Assembly (NCBI GenBank): GCA_002269645.1
Contig: NIVC01000393.1
Location: 372,001 to 436,000 of the forward strand
Reading direction: 5' to 3'
From: Macrostomum lignano
Lineage: Eukaryota
DNA: 64,000 nucleotides
Position numbers and translations under genes: made by a program. Each line of letters opens with the position of its first letter. Position 1 is the stretch's first letter. The notes below the pieces were generated by a model. It did no database searches. It had not been told where the DNA came from and saw only the letters and a list, made by a program, of their open reading frames with translations. Shown here in pieces: positions 1 through 14,700 of this stretch.

Positions 1-2379
1 GCTTTCACACACCTTTTGGACGATATCGTTGGCTGAGAATGCCCTATGGAATTTGTTCCGCATCGGAAGTCTACCAGAAGCAAGTTCGGGAGGAGATCTC
101 GGACAAGATCAGAAACTGCAACAATTTTATTGACGACTTCATTGTTTGGGGCAAGACTGTTGAAGAACACGATGAAGCTGTGAAGCAGCTTATGGAAATG
201 TGCCATGCGAAGAATTTGCGCCTGAATTATAAAAAGCGGAAAGTCAGATTGAAGGAGTTGAAATTCCTTGGCAACATACTTTCGCACACCGGAATTAAAG
301 TCGACCCAGACAAAGTAAAAGCAATGCGCGATATGTCCCGACCAGATACTCTATCCGGCAATGAGAGAAAGCAGCAACTTATGCGATTTCTAGGATGTGC
401 AAATTTTTTGTCCAAATTCATTTCAGATCTGTCATCTAAGGCAGCACTGCTATGCACATTGCTGACAAAGAATGCTCAGTGGAACTGGACAAATGAACAC
501 GAAAAAGCGTACGAATCAATTTTGCAGAGTCTTTGCGACACACCAGTCTTAGCTCGCTATAACCCGAATGCACACTTACTCTGTCAGTCGATGCTAGTCA
601 ACATGGTCTCGGAGCAACTATCCTGCAAGATGGACACCCGCTGGAATACACTTTGTCATCACTGACACCATCCCAATGAAGTATGCTCAGATCGAAAAGG
701 AACTTTTGGCTATTGTGTTTGGCTGTAAGCAATTCCACCAGTACGTCTGGGGACACAAGGTAACGGTCGAGAGCGACCACAAGCCACTAGAGAACATCTT
801 CCGGAAGCCAATTTCAACTCTTACAGCAAGATTGCAGAGACTGATGCTACTAGTTCAGAAGTACAACCTGCACATTATATACGTTCCCAGTAAAGACTTG
901 CACATTCCAGACACTCTAAGCCGCGCTTTCTTAAAGAACGTACATTCCTCTAAACAACTCGAAGATGACATTGAAGGTCACATGCTCAGTGTTAGAATGT
1001 CGGTTGGATTCCAGAACTGATGCAGAAACTGGAAAATGAAATGGCAAAGGACTCAACACTGCAACAACTTGCTGAGATCATCGGTGTTGGTTGGCCTCAC
1101 CACAGAAGCCAGCTTGTGACTGAGCTTTGTTGTTTCTGGAACGTCAGACATGATCTGACTGCGCATGGCAATCTGATCTGGATGAAGAATCAAATAGTCA
1201 TTCCAAACTCAATGAGAATGGAAGTGCTACAGAAGCTGCATACTGGACACCCTGGAATTGTGAAGGCAAGCTTAAAGGCGTCAGAGAGCGTCTACTGGCC
1301 TGGAATTAGATGTGATATTCAAGAAATGACTTCAGCGTGCATTGCCTGCCAGGAAAGCCAAAGAAAGCCACAGAAGGAACCGATGGGCTCAGTGCTTACC
1401 AGACTACCCATTTCAGGAATGTGGCATAGATATTTTCCATATTGACGGGAAGAATTTCTTGATATATGTTGATAAATACAGTCGGATGATCGAATACGCT
1501 AGGATCAACAATACTTCAGCTGCCTCTGTGATTCCCCAACTAAAGAAGTATTTCCAGACCTATGGAGTTTCGCGAGATTTTAAGATCTGACAATGGACCT
1601 CCATTCTCAGGAAGAGAATTTGGTTGTTTTGCGAAAGAGTATAGCTTAAAACATGCTACATCATCGCCGAAGTACAGCCAGTCAACAGATTAGCGGAAAG
1701 AGGCGTTCAAACGATCAAGAATTTTAAAGAAGGTTCTGAAGAGCAATGAAGGCGAGCACATGGCACTGCTGCATTACAAGAACACTCCTATCGAGCATGG
1801 AATGCCATCACCCGCTGAGCTAGTCTTTGGACACAAACTGCGCTATGATTTGCCAATCCCAAAAGCAGATCTAATTCCTAGACAGGTCATGTCCAGGAAA
1901 GTACTACAGAAGCTAAAGGACCAGCAGAACAAGGCCGAAGAATATTATAACCATGGATCTAAGGAGGAGAGAATTTGGTTGTAGAGAAAAGGTTTGGATG
2001 CAAGAATCAACACGACGATGGCAGCCAGCAGAAGTGCACATGAGAGTGAATGACCGTTCTATATATAGTTCGCGATGAACAAGGAAAGCTACTACGTTGG
2101 AACAAATCGTTTTTTACTCAACGGACTGGAGCAGCAGAAGAAATCACTGTTTCACAAAGAGAAACCCTTGAAGATGCATTAGGAAAGGAAACTACTGCAC
2201 CACTGAAAGCTTCTCAAAGTCAACCGATAAGCACAAAGCAGTGGAGGAAAATATAGGCAGCAAAACCATCAGCACAAGCACCTAATGCACAACAATGTCA
2301 GTCACCTAGGACGACAAATGGCTATACAACACGGAGTGGACGTGTGGTGAAGCCAGTCGTGCGATTTCAGGCACATTGA
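1..2379 (+). mobile_element. pol: Ty3/Gypsy LTR retrotransposon pol (RT, RNase H, integrase), degenerate, 5'-truncated by window edge
   Basis: Successive ORF pieces give RT (FIDDFIVWGKTVEEHD; KFLGNIL; RFLGCANFLSKFI), RNase H (YAQIEKELLAIVFG..QYVWGHKVTVESDHKPL), H2C2 zinc finger (LHTGHPG..VYWPG..CIAC) and integrase D-D-E (GIDIF, SDNGP at ~1588, LAERGVQTIK at ~1690). It ends in a TRSGRVVKP tail. Domain order RT-RH-IN indicates Gypsy. Multiple frameshifts and stops. Confidence 0.95.
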
Positions 2380-2453
2380 CTAATGAAAAGGGTCAGTGTA
2401 GAACAGAACTTCCGGAAAGAGGATTTATTTTACTTACACATAGGAATCCCTCT

Positions 2454-2568
2454 GAAGAAGGGAGATGTGTATGTTATGATAGACTCATAGACTCATTCTC
2501 TGTGTGTTTGATTTATGTCTATGGACATGACTAATAAACGAGTGTTAAAGAGCACTTATAACTACACA
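2454..2568 (+). mobile_element. Polypurine tract (2454-2465) and short 3' LTR (2466-2568) of the Gypsy element
   Basis: GAAGAAGGGAGA is immediately followed by TGTGTATGTTAT...ATAACTACACA (TG..CA ends, inverted termini). AATAAA lies inside at ~2533. Confidence 0.8.
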
Positions 2569-4014
2569 GCTGCTCTATATCCATACAAGCATCTGAAACA
2601 TAAGACTTCTGTGTCGCAACACAACAATACTCAAGAAATTTGGCATATGTTTGGCATACAAAGTGATTTTGGGCTTTTGGTATATATGGTTAATATTTGG
2701 AGTGGTTTATGTTTGTGTTTATTATTCTGATTCACTTTTCTTCAAATGGGCAATGTCAAATGCTGAAATCTGGCCATGGCTTTTCTAATCAACAAAATAA
2801 TCTATGACAGACAACAGACAGTGCAAAGTTAGTATATAGATAGAGTGAAAGAATACAAACAAATATTAACTGAACTACTTGATATGTATTTAAACATAAT
2901 TCTTGAAACAAGATAAAAAAACAAAAAATAGGTATCATACAAAAATTAGATGATAAAAAATTAGAGAATATTTTTAATGTGAAATTATCAGCAAAAAAAT
3001 AAGCAAAATACAATACAAGCAAGCAGATAACTTAATGACAAAATTTTGCATAACCTTTTTTCTTATTCAAATTTCGAAAGTGATGTCTTTTTGGTTATAC
3101 AAACAAGATCTATCATACTAGATAGTCAAAAATTTGAAATTTAGAAGCTTCATCAAAATTTCACTGCAGTCCCTATGATATATATATATAGTCTACATTA
3201 GTATGCACTAGAAATTTAGGTTGTTTTTCCTAGGTATTATAAAGTATTCCAAACTATAGGGAAAGGATTTCCTTTTATTGCTAAATAAAGGTTTATATAA
3301 AATGATGATTTCAAGTAAGGGTCAAATAAGATTAATTTTTTGAGATTATGATATTTTAGACTCTAGATACATACTTTTGAGATAACTAAAATTCAATATT
3401 AAGCCTAATTTGCATCTACCTAATTTTCATAGTAGTACTATTTACACTTTTCTACTTATCAATCTTAATATTGATAACAACTTGATATATACATCAAATA
3501 TAAGTATGATATTAAATAAAATTGGCAAGCTTATAGTTTGATTTAGGATTTCATCTTCAAGTTTGAATTGGTGCCACAAAATAATGCCTTTGAGCATTAG
3601 ATAATAGAGCAGTTTATAGATAAGTAAATGGAGCAATAGCTAAACTAAAGTGTAGATAAAGCAATAGATAGGGCAATTAAAATAGTGGTCAATATAATGG
3701 TAAATAGTGATAGATAGAACAGTAAATAAGAATTAAATGCTATATCTATAGCTAAAGAATTTTCTAATGTATTTTTTATCTTTTTTGGCTATAGACATCA
3801 TTTTCTACCAACTACAATGGCATTATATTGCAACACTGATTCAAACTTAAAAATAATACCAAGAAACAAACTAGAAGATCACCATAATATCATAGTCATA
3901 AATAGTAATTACAAATCTTGCCATTTAAAAGATTGCCAAGATAAAAAACCTATATAACTTTTACTGACACATTTTAAGACACATCTTTCAACACTTTTCA
4001 CAACACCTAAAATG

Positions 4015-5035
4015 AAGTCTATGAAATTTGCTTGCCGAAGTCTGCTTGCCAAACTTTGCTTGCAGAATTTTGCCTGCCAAAGTTTTCTTGCCAAACTTTG
4101 CTTGCCACATTTTGCTTGCAGGAAATCTGCTTGCTGCATATAAGCTTGCCAAAGTTTGCTTGTAGGAATGTTGCTTGTAGAAATTTTGCTTGTAGAGGTT
4201 TGCCAGGCAAAGTTTTCTTAGGAAACCTTAAAGAACCTTTTTTCAGCTCTTGTATTTCTAGTTTTCATTTTTTAAGATTCATGGAAGTGGCCTATAATGT
4301 TATGATTTTGTATGAGGATATGGCAGATTTGAAAAACCTTCATGCAGAAACTTTTAAAACTCCATGGAACTTTCAATACTATTTTATCTTTTGTTCCTTG
4401 GTGACAAGTACATGACACTAGTAATGGTACAAATCTGCTAGTCCAAGTGTGTTTACATTTTTATATATTAATTATAATTATTATTAGTATATGCATTATT
4501 ACACATTAGCATCACAATTATCATACCTGCTCAATCGTGCTAAAATCAGGAACTACAAAGATTTATACTGTTGCTGATTGCTATCTATCTATACTAAATC
4601 TCTAATCATTTTATATACTAAATTTTTAGAATGAAACTTTATAAGCCTAGTTTGAAAGCTTATAATGTCAAGTCAGTTATGTCAATGCTGATAAGAATCC
4701 ATTTGCAAAGCATCTAAAGACTGTAGTAAGTAATAATTGACTGACTAACTTCACAAGCAATCAAAACAAACAAGCAAACAAGAAAATAATTTGGCATGTT
4801 AAATCCTTGCAATAGTGATTGCAAACTTCTAGGAAGTAGATATCAAAATTTTGCAAGCAAAGTTCCTGCAAGCAAAGTTTGGCAAGCAAAATTCCTGCAG
4901 GCAAAGTTTGGCAAGCAAAATTCCTGCAAGCAAAGTTTGGCAAGCAAAGTTTGGCAGGCAAAATTCTACAAGCAAAGTTTGGCAAGCAAAATTGCTGCAA
5001 GCAAAGTTTGACAAGCTAATGTTCCACAAGCAAAT
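4015..5035. mobile_element. Interspersed repeat with inverted arms of GCAAGCAAA-type subrepeats (foldback-like), copy A, CpG-depleted
   Basis: TTGCTTGC-type repeats at 4020-4215 and their complement at 4845-5030 flank a unique middle. The middle aligns by eye to the reverse complement of 56235-57015. Confidence 0.7.
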
Positions 5036-8000
5036 GTCATACTCCCTTAAAATGTTACAAAAAGTGTTGGAAAGTGTTGTAACAGTTAAGTTTTGTTGAT
5101 ACATTTTAGACACATTTTCCAACACTTAACCTATAGTATATCAGTTGTGTTGCACATCATTTTGATTAACTGATATATAATATATATAAGCATATGTAGC
5201 CTATAGGAGTTGGCATTTTATTTTGACTACACATAGTATATATTGTACATAAAAGTCATGTTCCATAGCTTTCAATGAGTTAGCTTTTTTAAGTTTCAAA
5301 GGATACTAACTTTTTTAATTGATACAAAAATCCAATTGTCATAGAGTTGAGCATTTTATTTGCCCTGGATATATGATATTTTAATTTGCAAATCAAATAT
5401 AATTTTTTATGTATCAGTACATATATGACTTAGCTCTAAGAAACATTTCAAGTGTTGGAAGATATGTCTGAAAATTTGATAGTGTGATGGAAAATGTGAT
5501 AATGTGATAGATACGAAATGTAAAGGAATATGAAGGAAGATGTGAAAGAAGATATGAGGGAAAATGTGATAGAGTGTTGGCAAAAGTTAACCAATAAAAT
5601 ACTTTTTTCAGACACTTTTTAGAGTGTTGTAAAAAAATGTTAGATATGTCTAGAAATGTGTCAGCACATTTAAAAAAGGCATTTAAAAAAGTGCTTAGAT
5701 TTTGACAATTAAGATCAAGATTGAAATCTTGTTTAACCCCTAATTTCAAGGATAAACTTTGTTTTTTAGCTAATATTGCTTCAAGCACATGGCAATTAGT
5801 GATAGACTAAAATTTAAATTTGTAATTTAAGTCCAAAAAAGTATTTAACTTTTATTAGAAATATAAATGCTTTGGATTCAAAAATTTTTCCAAATATTTT
5901 CAAAATGTGCTTCAAATACAAAAAAATCAAGAAAGCTAAACAAATCTTAATTTGTAAAAGAAAAAAAAAATTTTGAAACAATAAAATATATTAAAAACAA
6001 AAGCGCAACATTTTATATCATATTGATATTCTTCATTTTTGTAATAACAAAAGAGAGTTACATAAAATAAAGTTATTAAACTTTAAGACCTCAAAAGTAT
6101 TGAATCTTACAGACTAGAATCTTACTACAGACTAAGTTGTAGAAACATTTTTGGCAATCATTATTTAAGTGTAATCATTAGTTAGTTTTTTAATGCAAAT
6201 GCACAGACTTATAGATTATAGTAAAGTATTCTCAAGAATGTTCTTAAGAACACAAATGTATTTATTAGTTAATATTAGTAATTAGAATTAGCTAAATTGT
6301 TATACAATAATTATGTTTAATTCAAACTTACTTTCTCTCTACTAAGTTTTAATTCTAGCAATTTCATTTGAATTTCATTTAAAGAATAGATTAATTGCTT
6401 ACTAGACTTCTATCATTAATTAGATGCTAAAGCATTTTTGTTACTAAAAAATGTCATAGTTACTCCTACCATTTATTATTTACTTCTTAGCTTACATTTA
6501 AAAATATCTAGATATTTGGATATTTGGACTTGGAATGTTTATATATATTTGGATTTGGTTTTGGACACTTGCAAAAATACACATTTAATCTATCACAAAT
6601 GCCAATGGGAATAACATATTTTAGTTACCATGGTAAAGAGAAATCAGTTTTTATAGTATAATATATAGCATTAGAAATTGTTATTTTTTAATGGAAGGCC
6701 AAAATATTTCTGAAAAGGTATAGAGGTATATAGGCCTAATGAATTATTTTTAATCAGGCACAGGCCTAATCTAATTAGTTAACATGTGCTGGGATCAAAA
6801 AAAGGTTATCAATTAGGCAGTTGTTATTGTTATCGTGACCATATAAATAGCGAGATAGTTATTTTTATGGTTAAAACTTAAAATAAATAACATCTAAATA
6901 AAGTGACACACTTGCTGTGCAAATACTATAATGGTTAAATTTCAAAAATAAAGAAACATTTTATTAATAAATATGATTGTAACTTTTAGTGGTTCTTGTC
7001 ATGGTAGCTTACTTTAGGTTAACTTTAGATTAACTTTAGGTTAACTTTTACCATATAATTTAACAAATTATTCTTCTACATGACCATAAAAATAGCAATT
7101 TTGCTTCTTACCTATGGTCTACCTAAGGTCTACTATTTAAAAAAACTATAAAAAACATTATTGTTAGGCCCTAGTCCTAGGCATATTAAACCTACATTTT
7201 AGGCCTACATTAAGCCTATGCCTACTCCATAGTCAGGATCATGTCATGGTATACGCTGGAAGAAAAAAATCCCCTAAAAAATCTATGCTACTTCATACTG
7301 AAATGTACGCCAAGGTCCTAAGAACTTACGCTAGGTTTTCTAGGCTTTGCAACAATAAATGACCTTTTTTGTGTGTTACACATTTTTTAACAATTTTCAC
7401 AATAAAAATTTAACAAATGTGTGGTTTTCATTTAAAGTAAATTGGCTTACAGATAATGCCAACAAAAATCAATTTTTTGATTAAGTTTTTTTTTAAAAAT
7501 TACACAATTAGTTTGCATGGAATTTTTAATTTTTATAAATCACAAATAGTTATGAACTTTAATCTTACGAGTTTTACCATTTTTTATATTTTATAATAAG
7601 ATTCTGAGGTTACGGCGTTATGCCAACAATTTTTAATATTAACTTTGGCATGAAGGTTAGAGTTGGCGGACTTCTTCAAGTTTATGTTGATAAAATACTT
7701 CCGATTTTTCGATTTTTCTAAAACTTGCATTGGAGACTTATGGGGCACCCAAAATTATAAAAATGCAAAAAAAAGTGTAGAAAATTACCTGTACAGTTGA
7801 TGCAATCACGATTTACTCGATTCCCTATTCTCTTAATGATGTTTGGTGAGAAAAAGTTTCCACGAATACATTTTTGAAAGTGTATCCACTAGACTTTTAA
7901 TCTAATAGCACGTGTGCTAGAACTTCATTAGGCCAATTAAAGATGAGTAATAATATCTACAAATTAATATGCAATTGTCTTTTACGTTGGCTGATAATAG

Positions 8001-8324
8001 TTTTTCAATTTAGTTATAATGCATAGACAGTGTGATGTCACTGTTCGCTTTTTTTAAAAACTGTCACGACCGGCTCAATCTTTGCACTATGGTCTTTTCA
8101 CTGAACCCAGCCAAAGCAATGTTCGCAACTTTAAAGCATTTCGCTCCTCAAAACCAATTACTGTACAAGGCTAGATTACTAATTCTATTTTATTAAGGAA
8201 GTAACAGCACTTGATTTTGGTAAGCAAATTCATTTAGATAAAGTTATAGAATTCAACCAACTTCTGACATAATTATGTTGAATCCACTCTTTGGTGGATT
8301 CTCTCTTTTCTCGTGTCGTGGAGT

Positions 8325-8960
8325 TACAACCTCTCCCCCTATTAGAATTGGAATTTGTCAGCACAATCTTGAATAGGTCTCCATGCCTCTATTCAAGTTT
8401 ATGTTGATAAAATCAATCCCCATGAAGAATCTCCCCACCCTAAAACCCCCTATTCCCCATGCCCTGGTAGTTGGTTTTAAGCTACAACCCCCCCCTCCCT
8501 ATTAGAATTGGAATTTATCAACACAATCTTGAATAGGTCTCCATGCCTCTATTCAAGTTTATGTTGATAAAATCAATCCCCATGAAGAATCTCCCCACCC
8601 TAAAACCCCCTATTCCCCATGCCCTGGTAGTTGGTTTTAAGCTACAACCCCCCTCCCTATTAGAATTGGAATTTATCAACACAATCTTGAATAGGTCTCC
8701 ATGCCTCTATTCAAGTTTATGTTGATAAAATCAATCCCCATGAAGAATCTCCCCACCCTAAAACCCCCTATTCCCATGCCCTGGTAGTTGGTTTTCAGCT
8801 ACAAACCCCCCTCCCTATTAGAATTGGAATTTATCAACACAATCTTGAATAGGTCTTCATGCCTCTATTCAAGTTTATGTTGATAAAATCAATCCCCATG
8901 AAGAATCTCCCCACCCTAAAACCCCCCATTCCCATGCCCCGGTGGTTGGTTTTAAGCTAC
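8325..8960. repeat. ~158-160-bp tandem repeat, about 4 copies
   Basis: ATTAGAATTGG recurs at 8341, 8501, 8659 and 8817 with near-identical intervening sequence. Confidence 0.95.
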
Positions 8961-9535
8961 ATATAATTGGGTTAAAGCTACCTAAAAATGGAGCTCAAAT
9001 TTGAAATCAGCACTATCAAAAACCTTTATAGAGACAAAATTATGATCCTATCAAAATTGAAACTATTTTATCAACATAAACTTGAAGAAGTCCGAGTTGG
9101 CATATGCTGCTTGGCATATTTATGCCACAGTGTCACACTGAAAGCCATAGTCCGGATCATGCTAGGTGCATGCCCAAACAAAAATTGAATAATTACAAAT
9201 GCACGCCGAAATAAAAATTTGTGCACGCCCATTCTCAAAAATGCCAGTGTTACGACAATAAATGACCTTTTTTACGTTGTGACAATAAAAGACCTTCTTT
9301 AAATTTTATAATTGACCCTTATTATTAGATAATTTTTGTTGCTTTTAAGGCTTTTTGGGCAATACTATTTACAGCGAAAAGTTTATACACGCAAAGATTT
9401 GTTTAAATACTCTTTTACAAGCTGGAAAAAACCAGAAAGCTTGAAATTTGCACCTAAAAATGAACTTTTTTTATCTTTTTTCTACTTTACAAAAACTCTT
9501 ACGCATTATTCTATAAAGTGCACGCCAGGTGTGCA

Positions 9536-10780
9536 CCCTATTGGAATAAGTGGTATTTTCGCGGACGGCGTCCGGCGCACTTTTTCTTTTTCCTCATAGT
9601 CATGGCGCATGGCGCGCTACGCGTGCCATGCGCCATGACGCACAGCAGCTCACAGGTAAGATGCAAGGAGGACATCACGCGCTACATACAGCGCTGCTGA
9701 ACAAGGATGAGAAGCATGCACAGGAGAAAGTCAGCAGCACGGTGGAAATTCAGCAAACTGTAAGTAAAACTTGTTTTTCTAATTTCTATAACTTTGATAA
9801 TATTGCTATGGGCTATAGTATAGCATATCTCCTATCATATGTATTGATTGCTGTGTCATCTAGAATATGCATGCAAGTTAATCGTAAAATTGGAAATTGT
9901 AGTTGAAAGATCGCAGCAGAAATGTTCTTTATTGCCTCATAAACATTATAACATAGTGCCAAATGCTAATTGCTCTTAATGTTCTCTTATAACGCAGTTG
10001 CAAGAAATAAAAAAGTAAACTAAATTCTATTAAAAGTCTCAACAAATTTTCTGCTTTGTTTAATTATCTTTTTGATTGGTTGCACGTACATTTATTTATG
10101 CTGACATTTAAATGTGAAAATATTCTTCGAAACACCATGCTAAATAGTTATCAGATTTGATAACCCGACCCAAGCCAAAGTGCTACAACTACTACTGAAA
10201 AAGTGTGTGGATAAGGCAAAGACAATTTTGTTTGTTCGTGAACTCTGTGTTGTTCATCACGGAGTTTCTTCATTTTGTATTAACCGATTAGCCAAATTGA
10301 AGTAAAGGGTTTCAGTGTTCGTAATTATTTTAAGTACTCACTGATGCAATTGCCACACTATTTACATTATTTATTTTTCTTTGAATAGACCAACAATGTA
10401 ACTTTGTAAGTCAAAAGACGAGTAGACTAAGAATTAAGAAATAGATACAACTACAACAGAAGGGGGCAGAAGTACAGTACAGAACAGAGTGCAGTAAAAC
10501 ACAAGTGCGGTAAAACACACAACTTTCTCTCAATCTCTTTAAATCTCTCAAAAACGAGTGATGCATCATCAGAATGAACATGATAGAGACTGGAGTCATG
10601 CACAATATCACCTAAACCTAGAGTGCTATGGCACCCTAGGATTTTAAGATTTGAATGACACATCGTCCATACCACCTTAGGATTTGAAGATTGTCATGAC
10701 GCACCGTCCAGGCCACTTTATGATTGCCATGGCGCACTAGATGCACTGTCCACAGTGTCTGAAAACTTATTCCAATAGGG
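9536..10780. mobile_element. Non-autonomous TIR DNA transposon (CCCTATTGGAATAAGT TIR, 8-bp TSD)
   Basis: Perfect 16-bp TIR at 9536-9551 and 10765-10780. Perfect TSD GGTGTGCA at 9528-9535 and 10781-10788. No transposase ORF. Confidence 0.85.
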
Positions 10781-11712
10781 GGTGTGCATGCATACTTTTT
10801 TCTCAGGAGTGATGCACACCAACTGTGCACGCCTAGGCCTAATTTTGGCGTGCAAGGCCAAAGCACGCCCAAATTTTAGGGCATATACTACATGATCCGG
10901 AGTGTGGACCAAAAGGTACACCAAATATATTTTGCCTTATTTTTTATGCCAATTGTATGCCAAAAAAAATAAAATTTTCAATTGTACACCAGAAATTTCT
11001 AGCATAATGTACATCATCCTAACTATGGACATGGTGTTTACTTAAAATAAAAATTAATATTATAATTATATAAAAAGGTTAACATATTGTGTGAAGAATA
11101 ATAAATGCAAGATTGATACAGCAGCTTTTAATGTTCAATACCAAAACAAAACTTACTGAATAGATAATTCCTACTACATGACATTGCATTGCAGTCTACA
11201 ATAATAAAAAAAACAGAATCATACCTTTTGCAGCTTTACTGCCACGACCCCTTCCACGACCACGTCCGCGGCCACGAGCCATTTAGTACCAAAATGTAAA
11301 GAAAAAAAGTGGGACGAGGTATTTAGTGAAACAAGATGTATTTAGTGAAACAATAGTTTTGTTGCCCTTAACAGTCTTCAGACGACAGATTGTTTTAGAT
11401 GTCTAAGAAAAACGTATAAAATGGAAATTAAAATATATTTACATAAAATTTTCTAAACATTCTAGATTTTATTTCATTTTAAACAAAATAATAGCAAAAA
11501 CAATCCAATTGTATTTAATAAAACTCTTTTTAATATTAATTTGATTATCAATTTAAAAAATTAGTTGCGTTCAATTATACAAATTGACAACTATATTTTT
11601 GCAGCTTTTTAAATTTGTAAATATTGACGATTATTGTAACGTCCCTAAAAAACCACCTTACACTGCCGACGGATTCTTGGAGTACGGCGACTTACTTTGT
11701 ACGCAAATCAGT

Positions 11713-14700
11713 ATGAACGACACAGATCAGTTGGATCTGTATAATATTGGCGAGGAAGAGGAGTTTAAGTCAGAGGTAAGCAACTAAGGAATTCTCAGTT
11801 TAACTAGGCCTAGGCCATAGGCGTAGGTAGGAACATTTCAAAGAGGGAAAGGTTTTCGAAAAAATGATATAAAATGTAATACAAAAATTATTCCTTTTTA
11901 TTACAATTAACGAAGTAAAACGCTAACACTATTTTTTGGTTTTTTGTGCAATAATATCAGTTTCAACCTATTTCAGCAAAATAATTTTTGGCGAAAGTCA
12001 ATGGGCCTTTTCATATTACCAATTCCAGAACCAGAATCAGTTCGGAATTCCAAGAAAAACAGCAGTATAACTATTAAACTCTGTTAATATTTGACTGCCT
12101 TAACAACCTAACTTAGCACAATTTTTCACTTTCTTCTTGGCGATTGTCATTTAATAATAAAAACTTTATAGCACGTATCTCCCTCTAGTTATGGAGACAA
12201 AAAGTTATACTTCACAAATTGGTTCTGGTTCTGGAACCAGAGCAAGCAATATGAAAAGGCCTAATAATGGCAAAAAATACTTTCACAATGACCATTTTGT
12301 CTAAAGCTGACCATTTTGGCAAAAAAATTATTCCAAGCTTTGCTTAGGAATTTTTGTTTTAGAAGAAAGTAAAAAAATGACAAACTTTATAAAGACTAAT
12401 TTTATTGTGACATATTTTTATTTTGTTGCAGTTTAATTTAGTTATTTTATTAGATGCCCTTCTAAGTACAATTTTTGGAGCCTGGATAATTTAAAAAACC
12501 ACACCATCATCATTTGTAATCTGTCTATTGACTGCATATCAATAGATTGCATGTATATGACATAGCTACAAGTTAAGTCATGAGTTTTTAAATTTTCTAA
12601 CTGCTAATAATTTGCAACAATGAACAATTTATTAAAAGCTTCAATCACCAAAGTGATATATTTGCAATATATACGTAGCCCATCTTTTCGCCAAACTAGC
12701 CACTTTCTTTTGCCAAAATGTATATCTATTGAAACTTAAAATTCATTTTTGCTAAAGCATCTTTCACCAAAAATTCTTTTGGCAAAATTGGGCTGCACCC
12801 ATAATATCAGTGGATCTTGTGTTTTATTGCATGTGAGTAGGCCCTATGCAACTAGCCATATTTTGGTTTTGACTATGGGGTAAATGTACATTAACCTAAT
12901 AATTTAGAGCTCAAACGGGAGTAGAATTTTTGGGATTGGGCGGGATTGGGATTGAAAATAATTTCGGGATCAGGATTCAGGAATCCGGGATCTGAGAATA
13001 TATTACTTACTAACTAATGAATCAAGGATTCAAGGATAGTTTTATCTGACTATCTATGCTATTCAGCCTTGATGGTTGATCTAATAGCTCTAGCCTAATG
13101 CCCTAATGTGATATGCTTATTGATGAAATGAAAGAAACAAGTCCACAACTACAAATTTAAAAAAATGCTCAGTTGTTATAATGTGCCTTTAGCCAAATAT
13201 CTAAAATTAGCTTTAATTGGGTGACAATTAATGGCGCGTAAAGCAAAAAAACCCATGAGGGGCTTTTCATATTGTCAATTCTTGTTCTAGACCCTTTTTG
13301 CAAAGTATAGCTAACTTTTGAGCGCCTAAATAAAAAGGAATCAAGAGCCATTGTAGACTTTTTCTGAAAGTAAGAGTTACAAGGTGGCTAAAAATCGCAC
13401 AAAAGGCGACTGTTCTGCATTAATGTAATATTGAATTGCATTAGTTATATTGCTTTTTTCTTGTAAAATTCTGTTTCTGGAATTGCTTCATGAAAAGCCT
13501 CATACTCGTTAGTTCGTTATTTACAAGTACAACTCTTTACAAATCTGTTACTAAGTAAAAATCTGTTGCTTTATTTGGTGAATTCAAGGTCAAACTTTCA
13601 ACATATTTATAGTTGCTGTTACAAAAATTAGCTTTGTATTGTTTACTGCTCTTGATTGTTGAAAGCATCATCTTCATTATCAATCTATTGTGCTCCCGAA
13701 TCCCGAGTTCTCTAAGCCTTTGGGATCCTGATCCCGAATTCCCAAAAAATCTTTGGGATCCTAAGAATTTGAGATCGGGATCGGGATCCGGTTCGAGCTC
13801 TACCTAATATACATTGAGTGATATAGTAATAGTCCACTTTGGTAACAGCTACTTTAGTATAGCCACTTTGGTAAAAAATTAACACTTGGATAAGCCTGTA
13901 AAAAAGAAGCTTGGTTTAGGTATTGTTTGAATTTTCAAAATGTTGGGCTCATATGTGTACTGTATAGTAGGATATAGAAACTAGGTGTGGTTGCCAATTA
14001 TTTTCTCTAAAAATAATATAGTCAATAACATGTATAGCAATCAGATTTGAAATTGAAGTGAGCAATAATAAGTTAAGTAATTCAAGTTCAATATGCTTAT
14101 AATTAAGCAAGCACCCGAATGATTAATTGCAATTGTAACAACTTAGTTAGGCACTTTTATTAACAACTAACATCAATGATCTAATGAAGTAGAATACTGA
14201 ATTGGATAATCCTAAGGCTCTAATGGTAAAATCTAATGTTAATGAATGCTGTTATTAAGTGTTAAGATGCTAAGCTACATTGTGACTCATGACTTAGTAG
14301 CCTAAGTTGACCATTGAACTGTCCCAGTGTGACGCTCTTTCCAATTTGAATATATTTCTTATAAACTAAATAATAACAAAATAAGTAGATAATGTACCAA
14401 TATGCTACTAGAATTATAGAATAGGGACAGGAGTAGAAAATAATATAAATACAATTATATAAAACTAAGAAATTCTAAAGAAATTACAATATTCAAAATC
14501 TAAGCTACAATTTCATTATAGGCCTAACAGCATAGCCATTTTGCCTTTTTTTTATAATAGCCACTTCTATAACAAATAGTGTTCATCAGTTAAACAAAAA
14601 TAACTAGAAAAAAACTGGTTCTTAATGGCATAAAAATGTAAGACACATTTTTATTCCCCATTTTTACAAAGATTAAAAAGTTGCAAGTCTTGAATATTAA

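Noticed and set aside
4019-5125. CLPNFACR / QAKFGKQ repeat ORFs (also 56637-57160)
   Set aside because: Translations of the GCAAGCAAA subrepeats of a non-coding element.
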